Shown here: positions 1 to 11,110 of the stretch, one piece after another | How positions within the stretch are numbered: the first letter of the stretch is position 1 | Layout: each line of letters begins with the position of its first letter | Source of the DNA: Lama guanicoe | Lineage: Eukaryota | DNA: 20,789 nucleotides | Reading direction: 5' to 3' | Assembly (NCBI GenBank): GCA_013239625.1 | Contig: MU053884.1 | Coordinates: 186,001 to 206,789, forward strand | Notes under the pieces: model-generated | Seen by the model: the letters and a program-made list of their open reading frames with translations, nothing else | Databases searched by the model: none | What the model was told of the DNA's origin: nothing | Made by a program: the position numbers and the translations under genes

Positions 1-290
1 GTCCTCTCAAGTTGTTCTTCTTTTTCAAGTACGTTTTGGTTACTGAGACACTCGAATTCCCATATGAATTGTAGCAGCATCTAGTCAGTTTCTGCAGAGG
101 AGCCCACTGGGATTGTGATCGAGACCACATTGAACATACAGATAGCTCTGGGGATCATTTGCATTCCAAGAGCACTGTCTTCTGATCCAGGAATGTGCGT
201 GGTGTGTCTGTCCAGGTATTTAGGTCTTCTTTAATTTTTTTTTCAACAATGCTTTGAGTCTACAGAGTAGTATTTTACTTTATATATCTT
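1..290 (-). mobile_element. Old L1 (L1M-type) fragment, antisense ORF2 region
   Basis: Degenerate match to the familiar antisense L1 string (ccatatgaattgtag...gtcagtttctgca...ctgggattgtgat...cattgaa...tatttaggtcttctttaatt). Boundaries approximate. Confidence 0.7.
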
Positions 291-2700
291 TTTTTTGCCT
301 TTATACTGAGGACAAGTGTGCAAGGTACCTGTATCAGAAGTATATTTGAGCCCCACCTCTTGCTGCCACCATGGTCGCTGCACTCTTGTTTCGCCCACTG
401 TACAATCTTGCACAGTATAGACCTCAGTAACTCTCTCTTCAATGAATGATTATATGATTGTTGGATGATGCTTGAGAGTCCTTGTGATGATTTTTTTCCC
501 ATCCTTTCCCCAATTCTTAACTATGCCCTTTCTCTTCCTTTCCTCCAGTCTTGGTTTCAGCCTACCTGTGGCATTGATTTTTCTTGTCTGTAGACACTTC
601 CTTTCAGTGGTTCATGATAATGTTACATGTGGGTTGTGGAAACTTGCTAGATGTCAAGAAAGAGCAAATCGATTGCATGCTAGTATTTTTAGAGTATGTT
701 ATTCGTTTATCAATTGAAATTAAATCAGGCTTACACCCTGAGCCATCCTGTGAGCCCTTTTCACCTTCCTACAGGTGATACTGCTCTGATTGCTGCATAT
801 GCACTTTCCCAGCCTTGGTTTTGGAGTTGAGTATGTCACCATCAGTGGAGCCCTCTCGTTAAAAGATGAAGAGAACATTTGCTCCTTCACTCTGTTTGGG
901 GACTTGGATGAGGTGAGGTACCAGATAAAGAATGGAGCCCCAACTCATTCTGACCCCAGCTTTTTCCATTCTTTCTCCAGGGTAAAAGAGTACAATACAA
1001 CAATATAAAGATTGATTGTGAGCTAATGAGATAGACAAGACAACCGATCATTTATTAAATATCCTTTCATGCCAGAAACAAATGTATTATACACACAAAA
1101 AGCACATAAAGCATGGTAGTACTATGGTTACAATTGTGGGCCCGAGTTCGAGTCCTGCTCTGGAGTGACCAGTCCTGTGAGATAGAGAACTGGTAGGTCG
1201 GCTTAGCCTCTCCTGGACTTGTTTGCTGTCCTGCAGAGCTTGCTTGCTTGCGTCCCCCTCGTAGAGATGCTGTGGGGTGTAAATAATGCGCGTGAGCAGC
1301 CTGAGCACAGCTGCTCGTTCCTCGTAAGTGCAGGATAGCATAGCTTTTGCAGTGACAGCTTTATGACCGCCCAATGTAGATTCTCTGTGCTCCAAAGGGA
1401 TGCCTTGTGGTTTGGAGATGGGATTCTCACTTCTGTAAATACCCAAGGATTGTGTCATTGCACCCTGCTGATTTGAATCTATTCTTTTGAAAGTACATAT
1501 TGTAGATATATTTTTCAAGCATGCATGCATCTTTTTACTTTATTATTGATACTTGTACACTCTCATGTCTTGGTGTGACTTTTCATGGAATCCAGGAAAC
1601 AGTCCTAAGCTACCTGCCTCTTCACACTTCTCCGTGGTGGTTTTCTTCGCTGACTAGAAGAGGGTTTTGCATAGAAAATTTTCTTTGTTCCCCTTTTTTG
1701 GAGTCTCCCTGTCTGTCTGCCCATCTCTTACCTGTCCATCTGTCCATTTATCTACCCACTCATTCTTCTGACTTGTTCTATGAAGCATTTCAGGCAGCTT
1801 TCAGAAGAACAGATACCAAATAAACAGGTGATTAAATGGAGCCAAGTTTAGACAGTGAGGCTAGGAGGCAAGCCTGTGTGAGGGTTGCAGGCGTGAGACA
1901 CACGTGTCTGCCCTGTGACTTATAAATTCGACAGCAAGTGTATGCTTGAGGTTCCTAGCAGACACAGGGAAACAGGATTTGTGGGAGATGCTCACTGACT
2001 GTGAAATAAATAAGTGGTTTAGGAGAAGCCCAGCCTTTCCAGGTACTAAGGCTTTGAAGAATATTTTGAGTGTCTTCCAAAATCAGAGTATTTCACCTTT
2101 TCTTTTGTCACAGTTCTATGTATAGTTGGTTACATTCTATACCTGGAAATTTCTCCAAAACTGCTTCCCACATGAGTCCCAAGGCTCGGGAATGGAGTGG
2201 TACTGCTCATTGACGGGTGTTGGCCTGAAACAGAGAATGACAGCCTCAAAGGAGCCTGGGATTTGTTAGTTATGTTTTGTCAGTGCTGTAGATTTCAGAA
2301 AATGCTTTCACATTTTTCTCCATCTGAGGTGGCACCGTGCTGTCTTACCAGCATCAGGAGCTCAGGGACACGTGATGGTGGGGTCTGACTGCACTGCCAT
2401 CAAGACAGCTAAGGTAGTCACTGCAGGCGTGTTGCTTTTACATAGTGCATTTCATGTTCTTTAATAGAAGGTTTCAACAGGGATTTAATTGAGTTAATTA
2501 ACATTTAATAAATATGATGCTTTGTTGAAAAGACAGTTATAGGCATATTATAAGCTGTGAAGACTTTAAAACGATTACATTACTGAAATTTCAGTAGGGA
2601 AGTTATGCAGTTTATCGTATTTATGCATCTCTTTTAAAGTAACAAAGAAACAGGACAGAAAAAGCAGAGGGTGGTTTCTGTTCTTCCTCTCGGCTTGCAG

Positions 2701-2822
2701 GTGCCCTCACCTCCAGTGGCATCCATCCAGACACCAGCACTGACACTGGCCGTGCTCAGAACTGCCTCAGCCCTGAAGACACAACTGACAAATAGAAGGG
2801 GGCCATGCCTTGTTACAGCACG
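2701..2822 (+). pseudogene. TRAPPC9: Degenerate TRAPPC9 exon (equivalent to human exon 6)
   Basis: Follows acceptor ttctgttcttcctctcggcttgcag (ends 2700). Codons from 2703 read (G)[38 protein letters not shown](T), versus TRAPPC9 [41 protein letters not shown]; about 27/41 identical by hand. Tyr is replaced by TAG at 2793-2795. The only nearby GT is at 2822-2823, 1 nt earlier than the expected boundary. Confidence 0.92.
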
Positions 2823-3469
2823 TGCTCTCACTTTGTGGGTCCTTGTGTAACTGCGTGGCGTTATTGAGAATCGCCCTTTCTACATTGTGTGACGCTGCTG
2901 CCATCTCTCCTAGTTATTTGTTTCTGTAAATACTCGTGTATTTTCTCCAATTCATGGTACTAGACATCTAAAAATGTTTTTTTAGATGAAAAATAATGTG
3001 TATTTAATATAATAATTCTGAAAAAAGGGGCAAAAGAAGCTCTCCTGGTCCCACTACTCAGAGATAATAATTAAGTTTAACATCTATTTTCTGTTCTTTT
3101 CGTCAGTGTGTATAAACTCTGTCATGAAAACCAGTGAGCACTCTTTGACTATTTACTGTGTGGAGACCTCCATTTTCCATTCAGCTTATTACAAGAACTT
3201 CTACAATATTCTATCTCCCCTGACATGATTTTAATGACCAGTATAGCATTCTGTCTTGTGGAGGCATCGTCCATTTTGCTTCAGACTTAAATAAACTTTT
3301 AAATTCCAAGTATACTTAACTGAAATACTGAAAAGAGAACAGCGGTGGTACCAAAAGGCCCCTACCTCCCTTCCCCTTATTTCCTGAGAGTAAATGCTGT
3401 TGAAAATGTGGTGTATATATTTCATGACTTTTATGCCTATGACATATATATATACAAATACATACATAC

Positions 3470-4620
3470 ACTATATAAGAACTCTGTGTATGTGTGTGTA
3501 TATATGCTTAATTGAAAAATAAGGCCATTCTATATGTTTTCTGGAGCTCAATTTATTCACTCAGGGGTATTTCATAGACATCCTCCCACTCCAGACTCAC
3601 CCAGTTATTTCAGATAGAGTGGAGGGTTCTCCTGGTGTGCGGGTGTGGTCTCTTGTGCAAGGACAACTTTGGTGAAAGAGTGCTGTGAACAAGGCCCTGG
3701 ACCATGCTTAAACGCTGGCCCCCTCAGAGCCCACAGCTCACCGTGATTTACCGCATCATTTTCTTGATGGTGGACACTTAGGTTTTCTCCATTTTCCACT
3801 TTCAGAAAGGATGTTTGACTGGCATCCTTCTTTTACAAACATTCCTGTGATGTTGTATGAGTATTCCTTTAGTTAAGGCTTCTGGAAATTTAGTCCCTGG
3901 ATGTGACATTTACATTCACCACAGGCTACTTTCAAGTGACTCAAGAAATTCCTTCTCCAGTGGGGAGTGAAAAGATGTAGAATGACTTATGTAACCAATT
4001 CTCTATCGCTGGATATGATTTCACTTCATCTTTTCTTCCCACCATTGTAAACAGTGCTGTGTAAATGCCCTGAGGAGTACATCTTTTAGAAATGATTTTT
4101 TTTCTAAACGAAACTATTCCTAGAAGTGGAGTTGAGTCTGTGTGTACGTACGTTTTTTAGAGCTTACATATCCATTGACATGTCGTCTTCCAAAAAGTTT
4201 GCTCATAGTTTGTTCTCTCACAGATGGACACTAGCTAGAATATCTTTTAAAAATATTTGCCAATATGATGAGCAGAAGTTCTTTTTCATTGTTTTAGTTT
4301 GCATTTGATGACCAGTGAGGTATTGACCATTTTTCACTCATTATCCTTCTGACTTTTTAAAAGTGAATGATCCCTTTTGTCCTTTGCACACATTTAAGTG
4401 AGGGAGCTTCTTGTTGCTTTGTGACAGCTCTTTTTATGTTATGAACATTAACTCCTTGTCTTCATGAACATGTATCACAGAGCTTTTCCTTGTCATTTCT
4501 TGCCTTTCATTTTGTTAAGTAGGTTTATTTTTGTTGTGGCCCAAAATATTCCTAAGATAGTAAATGTCTTCATTTTGGGTTTTATCTTTTGTATTATTCT
4601 TAGAAATACTTTCTTATAAT
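3470..4620 (-). mobile_element. Several highly degraded L1 (L1ME-like) 3' fragments
   Basis: Antisense L1 motifs: gatggtggacacttaggttttctccatttt (3766-), attgtaaacagtgctgtgtaaat, ttcctagaagtgga, tcattgttttagtttgcattt, tttgtcctttgcacacattt. Boundaries approximate. Confidence 0.6.
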
Positions 4621-4649
4621 GGTACAAATCTCTTCTACAGGTTTTTTTA

Positions 4650-4740
4650 AATCTCTAAGGTGGAGATGATAATAGTACTTGTTATAGTGAGGAGAAGTTG
4701 AATTAATATGAGCAAAGAATTGTATTTGCTGTTATTAGTA
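4650..4740 (+). mobile_element. MIR 3' fragment
   Basis: ctctaaggtggagatgataatagtactt...gtgagga...gctgttatta resembles the MIR core and tail. Confidence 0.5.
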
Positions 4741-4749
4741 GTTACTAAT

Positions 4750-5530
4750 ATTTACATCATTATCTGTAATTCTTCTTGTGGTCATTATGACAGGAATAGA
4801 ATTTGTTCTTTCCAGGTGATTCTCTGATTTGTCCAAGGACAATTATTGAATTCATGCTTTGTTCTTTGATTTCAAATCCCACCTGTACAAAATACTTATG
4901 TACACAAGAGTCTCTTTTTGTGCTCATTATTTATTATTCTCAATCTTACTTTCTTATTCCAGCTCTATATCTTACATATTGTAAAAATTTATTTAATATT
5001 TGACAGTGTGTTTTTTTGAGGTTTTATTTTATTTTATTTTATTTAATATTTTTTATTTATTTATAATCATTTTACAATGTTGTGTCAAATTCCAGTGTTC
5101 AGCACAATTTTTCAGTCATTCATGGACATATGACAGTGAGTTTTTTTTGATTCTTTTCTTCCATCCCAAATTTTCTTGGCTAGTATTATGACTTTATTAT
5201 TCCCGAAGAATTCTAAAATACTTTGTTCAAGTAAAAAAGAAAAACAGATAAGTGTTTTCATGGGATTTTTTAGTAAGTTTTGAATTATCTTTAGGAGAAC
5301 TTGCATCTTTACAAAACTGCTTTCCTCCATGTAATATGTTGATATCTCTACATTCACACCTTTCACTTTACCCCTAAACACAGTCCTGTAGTTTCTCCAT
5401 GTAGAAAATGGACATTAATTTTGAGTTTATTCCAGATTATTGTTGAAGTTTTTGTTAATTTTGTATATGAGAATTTTTTGCTATTTTTTTTAACTGTTTA
5501 AACTGACACCTAGGAAGGCAGATTTGGTTT
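4750..5530 (-). mobile_element. Degraded old L1 fragment, interrupted by the young L1 at 5020-5130
   Basis: Antisense L1-like motifs: gtccaaggacaattattgaa, ttaggagaacttgcatctttacaaaactg, gtagtttctccatgtaga, gagtttattcc. Boundaries approximate. Confidence 0.55.
5020..5130 (-). mobile_element. Young, severely 5'-truncated L1 3' end (camelid-type) with target-site duplication
   Basis: T-rich (ATTTT)n tail followed by ttataatcattttacaatgttgtgtcaaattccagtgttcagcacaatttttcagtcattcatggacata. Flanked by direct repeats tgacagtgtgtttttttga (5001-5019) and tgacagtgagttttttttga (5131-5150). Confidence 0.85.
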
Positions 5531-5994
5531 GTAAATTCTCACTTTGTTAAATTGTCATTTAAAATTGTAAGTATTAATTACTTGTTCCAGAATCCTTTCC
5601 TTTCTGTTTTTAAAAATTTGTTTCCAAGTTTCTTAAAATGGTTATAGCTAAGTAGTATAGGTGGGGAGAGAGATGGAGAGAGGTAGTGTTGCTCATGTAC
5701 AAACTGTGAGCAGTTTCATGGCTGCCTTTAGGATGGAGATGCTGCAGAAGAGCCCAGGTTAGACCAGGGATGGCTTTGTATGCACTTGAAAGCCAGCTTT
5801 CCTACCTTTATGGTGAAGCCTGGTGGGCATTGCATCTAGATGATCAAGGTCCGAAGAAGGTCATTGGCTGCACAGAGCACTGTGTCTGTGAGAACTGAAG
5901 CCCACTGCCATGGGAAATGCTTGGTACCATGAACACTGCAGGGGAGCTGGGGATCCTGTGTGTTAAGGGCATTCCAGTCCTGGCAGTGGGAAGA

Positions 5995-6200
5995 TCAGAT
6001 TCTGCATTCAGGTCTGAATTTGATTTCATCCTCTCTTGTTTACTGGTCCTCTGACTTTTGTCTAGTTATATACCCTCTTTGAACTCCTGTTTTCTTGTCT
6101 CTCAAAACAGGAGAATTATGGCCTACTGCAAGAGTGTTTGATCAGGATATATGATTTGTGTGTATAAGATGCTACGTACAGTCAGAAGCTCAGTGAGAAA
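5995..6200 (+). mobile_element. MIR SINE (degraded)
   Basis: ggtctgaatttg...tgacttttgtctagttatataccctctttgaactcctgttttcttgtctctcaaaacagga follows the MIR core. Confidence 0.6.
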
Positions 6201-6504
6201 TGGGCTGTCGCCTGTTCTGCAACTCAGTGCTTGACAAGACATGGGGGAAAGCCAGTCCCTAATTTGTGTGTGATGCAAGTAGGAACAAAATTAACGTCTT
6301 GCCTATCCCTAACAGTAAATTTACTCCTTTGCTTCATTTACTTCTTTCCTCCTTTCTTTCCCGTTTCCCCTCCTCCAACAAAAGTGCCTGAGATTCTCTC
6401 AGAACACTAGATTCAAATTACTTTAAAGGATTGCTCATCCTCATGAAATGACAGTAACATAAAAAAATCAGTACACATCCCAGAATTCATTGTATTTCAT
6501 TTAC

Positions 6505-6528
6505 CCACACACACGCGCACACACACAC
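6505..6528. repeat. Interrupted (CA)n microsatellite
   Basis: cacacacacgcgcacacacacaca seen directly. Confidence 0.8.
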
Positions 6529-7239
6529 AATCAGCCTATATCCCACTTGCTGAGGGAGAAGGGCCACTTTTTCTGAGTTTTCATTCACTGAGCGTGAGAA
6601 CAAAGTCTCTTACGCAGACTTTCACCTGGCTTCATGCGTGGTGTGTTTAATTGGATTTCTGCATTGTGGCCATATTTCTATTCTCCTAATAGAAGAGAGG
6701 AAGTGGAGACATAGATATTCTTCTGAGATATTGGTGTCATCATATTTGAGTTAGAAAGGACTTAAGACAGCATAGAGTCATAAGTTTTTATGGGTGAGAA
6801 TCCATGATAGTGTAACTTGGACAAGAACCCGGGTCTTCTGCCATCGTGTCCACGCGGGTGGATGGGCAACTGTGTGGGGGTGGCAGGGATCCTTCTTTCT
6901 TGAGTTCCAGGGTCTTGCTAGTTTTCATTGCTCAGCTGCCTTTAGTTTATGTCCATGTGGCCTCTCATGGGAAGGTCACTCTGTCCTGATAGACTGAGTT
7001 TCTAATCAGCAAAAAGGTCTGGACCCACTCATATTTCCCAGAGTTTTCTGATGACCTGCTAACACTTTATATAAATGAGACCTAAGAAACTGCTGGATAA
7101 AAAATCCTCATTGTTGTTGTTTGCCCTCGAGATCCATAGGAATGGGGCGCTGTCTCAGGCTAAGGCTAGATCTGAACAAAGATAGGGTGATAGGCTGTGC
7201 TGCTGGACCCTCCACAGTCGAATGGGATTTCCACTTTAG

Positions 7240-7400
7240 TTTTTAGAATCAGGCAGACGAGTTCAAATTTTGCCTTTACCAGTTATCAGCTTTGTGACCT
7301 TGGGGAAGAAACTGTACTTTTTTGTGTCGAATTTTCTTTCTCTGTAAATAAGTTCAGTATTTATATTAAGGTTTTTGTTTTAGAATTGAATGAGCTAATT
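7240..7400 (+). mobile_element. MIR SINE
   Basis: agaatcaggcagacgagttcaaattttgcctttaccagttatcagctttgtgaccttgggga...tctgtaaa...gaattgaatgagctaat matches the MIR consensus layout. Confidence 0.75.
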
Positions 7401-7525
7401 CCCTCATTTATACCTAAAATACTGATAGAGTGGTTCTATGCTGGTGCCTTGGTTGTTGATTACTAAGGGACTCAGCAGTGAGAATGGGGATGGTGGACTC
7501 CTGGATCATAGAGTTTATATTCCAG
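7401..7525 (-). mobile_element. L2 3' end fragment
   Basis: catttat...aaatactgatagag...ctatgctggtgcc...agggactcagcagtga...catagagtttatattccag resembles the antisense L2 tail. Confidence 0.55.
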
Positions 7526-7914
7526 GATATGCTTGTAGAAGACTGGATGTGCAGTGGATTTTTAGTAAATATCCATTCCTTTCCTAATCTGCATTGATTG
7601 TATATATATCTTTATACTAATATGTGAACAATTTTTACTGCAATTTAAATCTCATTGTAGTATTTAAAATAAGTGGCTATAACAAAAATACGTGAAATTA
7701 AATTATTTGATATTTTATTTTCTTTTCAATAAGCAAAACAAAATAAAACAGAAAAGAAAAAAGTTTTGAAGGAGTAGAAATAATTTTATTTCCGTGGAAT
7801 CAATTCCCTATGATAGGTTTTTGGGTTGTGTTGTTAAACAGCATATAAAATTGATAGGTTGTGACATATTGGAAATGAGGAAACAGTGGAGACATACTAC
7901 CTCCAATGCAGTCA

Positions 7915-8450
7915 TTTTACCAAGTCCAAACTCGTTCTGCTTGCTGCATGTTAGGCCAATAAATTGGGAAATGAGGTGTTGGAGCAAAGAATAGTGACTT
8001 TATTTGAAAAGTTTGCAGACCCAGAGGATGGCATATTGATATCTTGGTGAACCTTATTCCCCAATCAGAATTCAGTCTCCTTTTATACTAAAAAGGGGCG
8101 GGGGTGTGGTTGGTTGTTGCAAACTTCTTGCTGTATGAATTGTTTGTCCTTGGAATCCTTTGTTTTTGCAGCTGTCCATGTGGGTCAAATCATGGTGCCC
8201 CAGTAAAATCTCCAAAAAAAGCAAAGTTTATTCTCATTTTGCAACTTGCCATCTCTATATAAGTGCAGAAGAGTTAACATCCTTAAAGATCAGAGCCCGG
8301 AGATTAGGCTTTCCTGGATATTTCAAGCTAAAGACAACTTTCTTTTACAAAAGGTGCAGAGCTAGCAAGTTTGAGCCTAGAAAACAAACACAGGTTTACA
8401 GCCAAAGGAACACATCTAGCATGGAGTCAAATTTGTTCTTTTCTTTTATA
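7915..8450 (-). mobile_element. Solo ERV1-class LTR (cetartiodactyl type), ~535 nt
   Basis: Begins ttttaccaagtccaaactcgttctgcttgctgca and ends atggagtcaaatttgttcttttcttttata (decayed TG..CA termini). Minus-strand TATAAAA at ~8081-8087, AATAAA at ~7999-8004 and a GC box at 8096-8102. Resembles a common artiodactyl LTR family from memory. No clean TSD. Confidence 0.8.
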
Positions 8451-9609
8451 ATTTTTTTCCACCTCATAAATAGTTTTAGTGAGGATCATGAACAATTTTT
8501 TTTTATTTTTGCTTCATAATGACGGATAAGTAGGCCAAGTACATTTTTGTGAGCAGGGATGCTGTGCGTGCCTTGGGGTCACAGCAAACTCTTGTTGGTG
8601 GTAGTCGACCCTGCAACATGTCTGATGCCCCATGAATGTTGGTGAGGTTCCCGCTAACCAGGGGCTCTCTTTAGGAACCAGCATATTGGCATTGACCTCT
8701 GGAGAACACATTTTCAGCTGCAGGAAATTTTTTCAGATACTGTGATTGAAAAATCACTCCAGCTGGGGATAATTTGGGAATAAAGGAAGAGGTAAAGGAC
8801 TTGGAGTATAGTCGAAGAGAAGGACAGAAGATCAGGGAGCCTGGGGTCTTGGCAGCGGGGCCTCGGGAGAGAGAGGAGCAGAGGTGGGGAGGGGCCTCGA
8901 TTTGGAACCAGCCCCTGCACCTGTCCCCTTGCCCAAGCCACACAGCTTTTAATTGGCCCAGAACACTCTCCTGTCTAGATGTCACCCTGGGCAGAACATT
9001 GAGAATCGAAGGTAAGGGGTGGGCAGCACTCACATAGGGGGTCACTGAGGACTTTGTTCAAGTCCACAGTGCCTTTTCTGGTCATGTGTCTTCAGTTGTC
9101 ATTTATCTCAGGATCTGAGAAGCAGGAGCAAGGAACTCAGGAAGAGATCCAGGAAGACATCTGACTGTGTTAAGAGACGACAGTCATAGCAACACGGGGA
9201 GCGAAGACACTTGCAGCAAAGTAAACTAACTTCACAACTGTTGCATTAGGCTGCAGGTGTGAGAGAGTCTTAGCCTGTCTCAGAGTACAGGGCACAAGCG
9301 GAAAGGAATGGTAAAATTTCCACTGACATTTCAAATTTTGTTAGCCTGCTACTGTTAATTGTATCACTTGAATATATGCAGGTGTATTTCTGTGAGCATT
9401 TATAGGTTCACACAACCCCACCAGCCCCTCTTGCCCCCATAGAGGATGGGCTTTCTCAAGCACAGTGCCCCTCCTGATTGGGTGGGCCACGCTGTGGGTC
9501 CTTGCCTGGGGCCGGGTAGCTGCAGTGCACTGAGTCCCCAAGACGCAGCCTTCGAGACACGAGAGGAACATGTCTGCTCTTGACTGAGGACCTCCTTTTC
9601 CCTCTGCAG

Positions 9610-9733
9610 TGTAAGAATGCCGGTGACTCAGTTTGAAGCATGCTTCGAAGCTGTCCGTGTCCTTGCCATCCAGAAGCGGAGGCTGGAAGCTTCCAAATTT
9701 CTCCAGAATGCGGTTTACATTCACCTTCGACAG
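9610..9733 (+). pseudogene. TRAPPC9: Degenerate TRAPPC9 exon (equivalent to human exon 7)
   Basis: Strong acceptor ctccttttccctctgcag (ends 9609) and consensus donor CAG|GTGAGT (9733/9734). Reads CKNAG-[2-nt deletion][37 protein letters not shown], versus TRAPPC9 [42 protein letters not shown]; about 32/42 identical. Length is 124 nt rather than the 126 nt needed for 42 codons. Confidence 0.95.
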
Positions 9734-10599
9734 GTGAGTGTATGTCCTTTTACAAATGGAGGAATTACTGCAGTTTTCCTGGAACTTACTCACCACTAGT
9801 CCATCTGACTTTCCTGTATGAGGATTCAGTATGGCATGCTAAGAATTCTGGAGTCAGATCTTGAAACCTTGATGAAGAGGATTATTTAATTTATTTCTTT
9901 ATATGATAGTATTTTACTTTCAAAATTCAGAGTTTTCGGTTCTTTGAGGAATTTTTTCGGGGGTTGGAGAAACAACATTTCTCTTACCATCTTTGTTAAC
10001 TGTTGCTATATGCCTCTCCCCTGTCTTCTGTCTCTAGTGAGTCGGTTCCATTTGTGACCCTGTCTGGGTTGTTCATGTTATAAAACATAAAGTCTTTAAA
10101 ATACAGTCCCTTTTACTCCGAAGATATTCTACAAATACTACTTAAATCTGGGTGTGGTTTTAAGAAGACAGAATCATTAGAACATGTACTTGCAGGTTGC
10201 TATTGCAAAATCCCCAAATCAATAGTCTAGCTCAACATCTAAAATCTTTCTAATCTACCTTGGATTTGTATGGATAAGTGAAGCAATTTGCTAAGAACTC
10301 AAGACCAGGTTTAGAATACAGGCTGGTGTAGCTCAGGAGGTCCTCCCAAACTGATGCTCTGCCAGGGGTGGGGCTGAGGGGAAATGGCGGGTCCTACCCT
10401 CCCTGAGCTGACAGTTTCTTGGCAAACACTTTCACAAGGTGAAGAACTTGGAGTTTCTTCTAAGAACAGTTGGTTTGAAAAGAGTCTTAAAAGCACAGGA
10501 ATGACACAATCCCATTTGTCTGAAATAGGGGAGAGCAGCTGGGAGGCCACTTGGGAGACTCATGAGTCCTGGTGGGCAGTGTTGGTGGCTTCCAACTGA

Positions 10600-10870
10600 G
10601 CGGTGGGAGAGTCGGTGGCACAGTCACTGGGAAAAAGCTAACAGATTTTAGACATGTTTAGATAGTAAAAAGGAAAGGATGAATGATGTCTATGAAGGTA
10701 GGATGGAGTAAGGCCCAGATTTCTGGGTGAATTAATGAGCTAAATGATGGCCCTGCTGTGCTCTGAGGAGGGAAAGCTGCAGAGGGAGTTCTGGGGAAAA
10801 ACTGATGAGTTCAGCTGTGGGTAAAGTGAAAGGCTGTTAGATGTGTGGTCTGGGAGCTAAGGTGAGAGCC
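10600..10870 (-). mobile_element. L2 fragment
   Basis: Purine-rich antisense L2 motifs: cagattttagacatgttt, cccagatttctgg, ctgatgagttcagctgtgggtaaagtg, gtgtggtctgggagctaagg. Confidence 0.6.
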
Positions 10871-10899
10871 AGTAGCGAGTAGAAGGAGGGGGGAGAGAC

Positions 10900-11110
10900 T
10901 TTCAAATCATTTTGTCTTGTGAACATACAAATAATTATGAGTAATGATATACTTACGCCTCTATATTCTCGATTTAAAACCCATTAACATTTTGCTATAT
11001 TGACTGCAGAAGTTCCTAATTTTCTTAATAGAAATAAAATAAATAGAAACAAAATAATGGAGTTAAAGAACATCTAAGAGTTGATGTGTGTCCTTGTATG
11101 TATTTTGAGA
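10900..11110 (-). mobile_element. Old L1 (L1ME-like) 3' end fragment
   Basis: ttcaaa...gaacatacaaa..., attaacattttgctatatt, gagttgatgtgtgtcctt. Weak match. Confidence 0.4.

Larger units (their letters stand above)
2701..9733 (+). pseudogene. TRAPPC9: Unprocessed TRAPPC9-like paralogue/pseudogene fragment: two consecutive exons and the ~6.8 kb intron between them; probably extends beyond both window edges
   Basis: Two segments translate to consecutive stretches of TRAPPC9, in the correct order and strand, and both follow polypyrimidine-CAG acceptors. Disablements: TAG at 2793-2795, an altered donor at ~2822 and a 2-nt deletion near 9622-9625. Compared with the human protein from memory. Confidence 0.9.

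Noticed and set aside
1087..1530. 147-aa minus-strand ORF (also 8671-9045 and 11606-12025)
   Set aside because: No recognisable domain or splice context; lengths are compatible with chance in GC-richer intronic DNA.
2197..2220. ctgctcattgacgg (VLLIDG) as the TRAPPC9 micro-exon AQEVLIDPG
   Set aside because: Only a few matching residues and no acceptor or donor context. The micro-exon probably lies upstream of the window.
9341..9796. 151-aa minus-strand ORF
   Set aside because: Antisense to the pseudo-exon and GC-rich intron; no recognisable protein similarity.
9617..9799. 60-aa [13 protein letters not shown]... as a standalone gene
   Set aside because: Only 9617-9733 is TRAPPC9-derived; the rest is read-through past the GTGAGT donor into intron.
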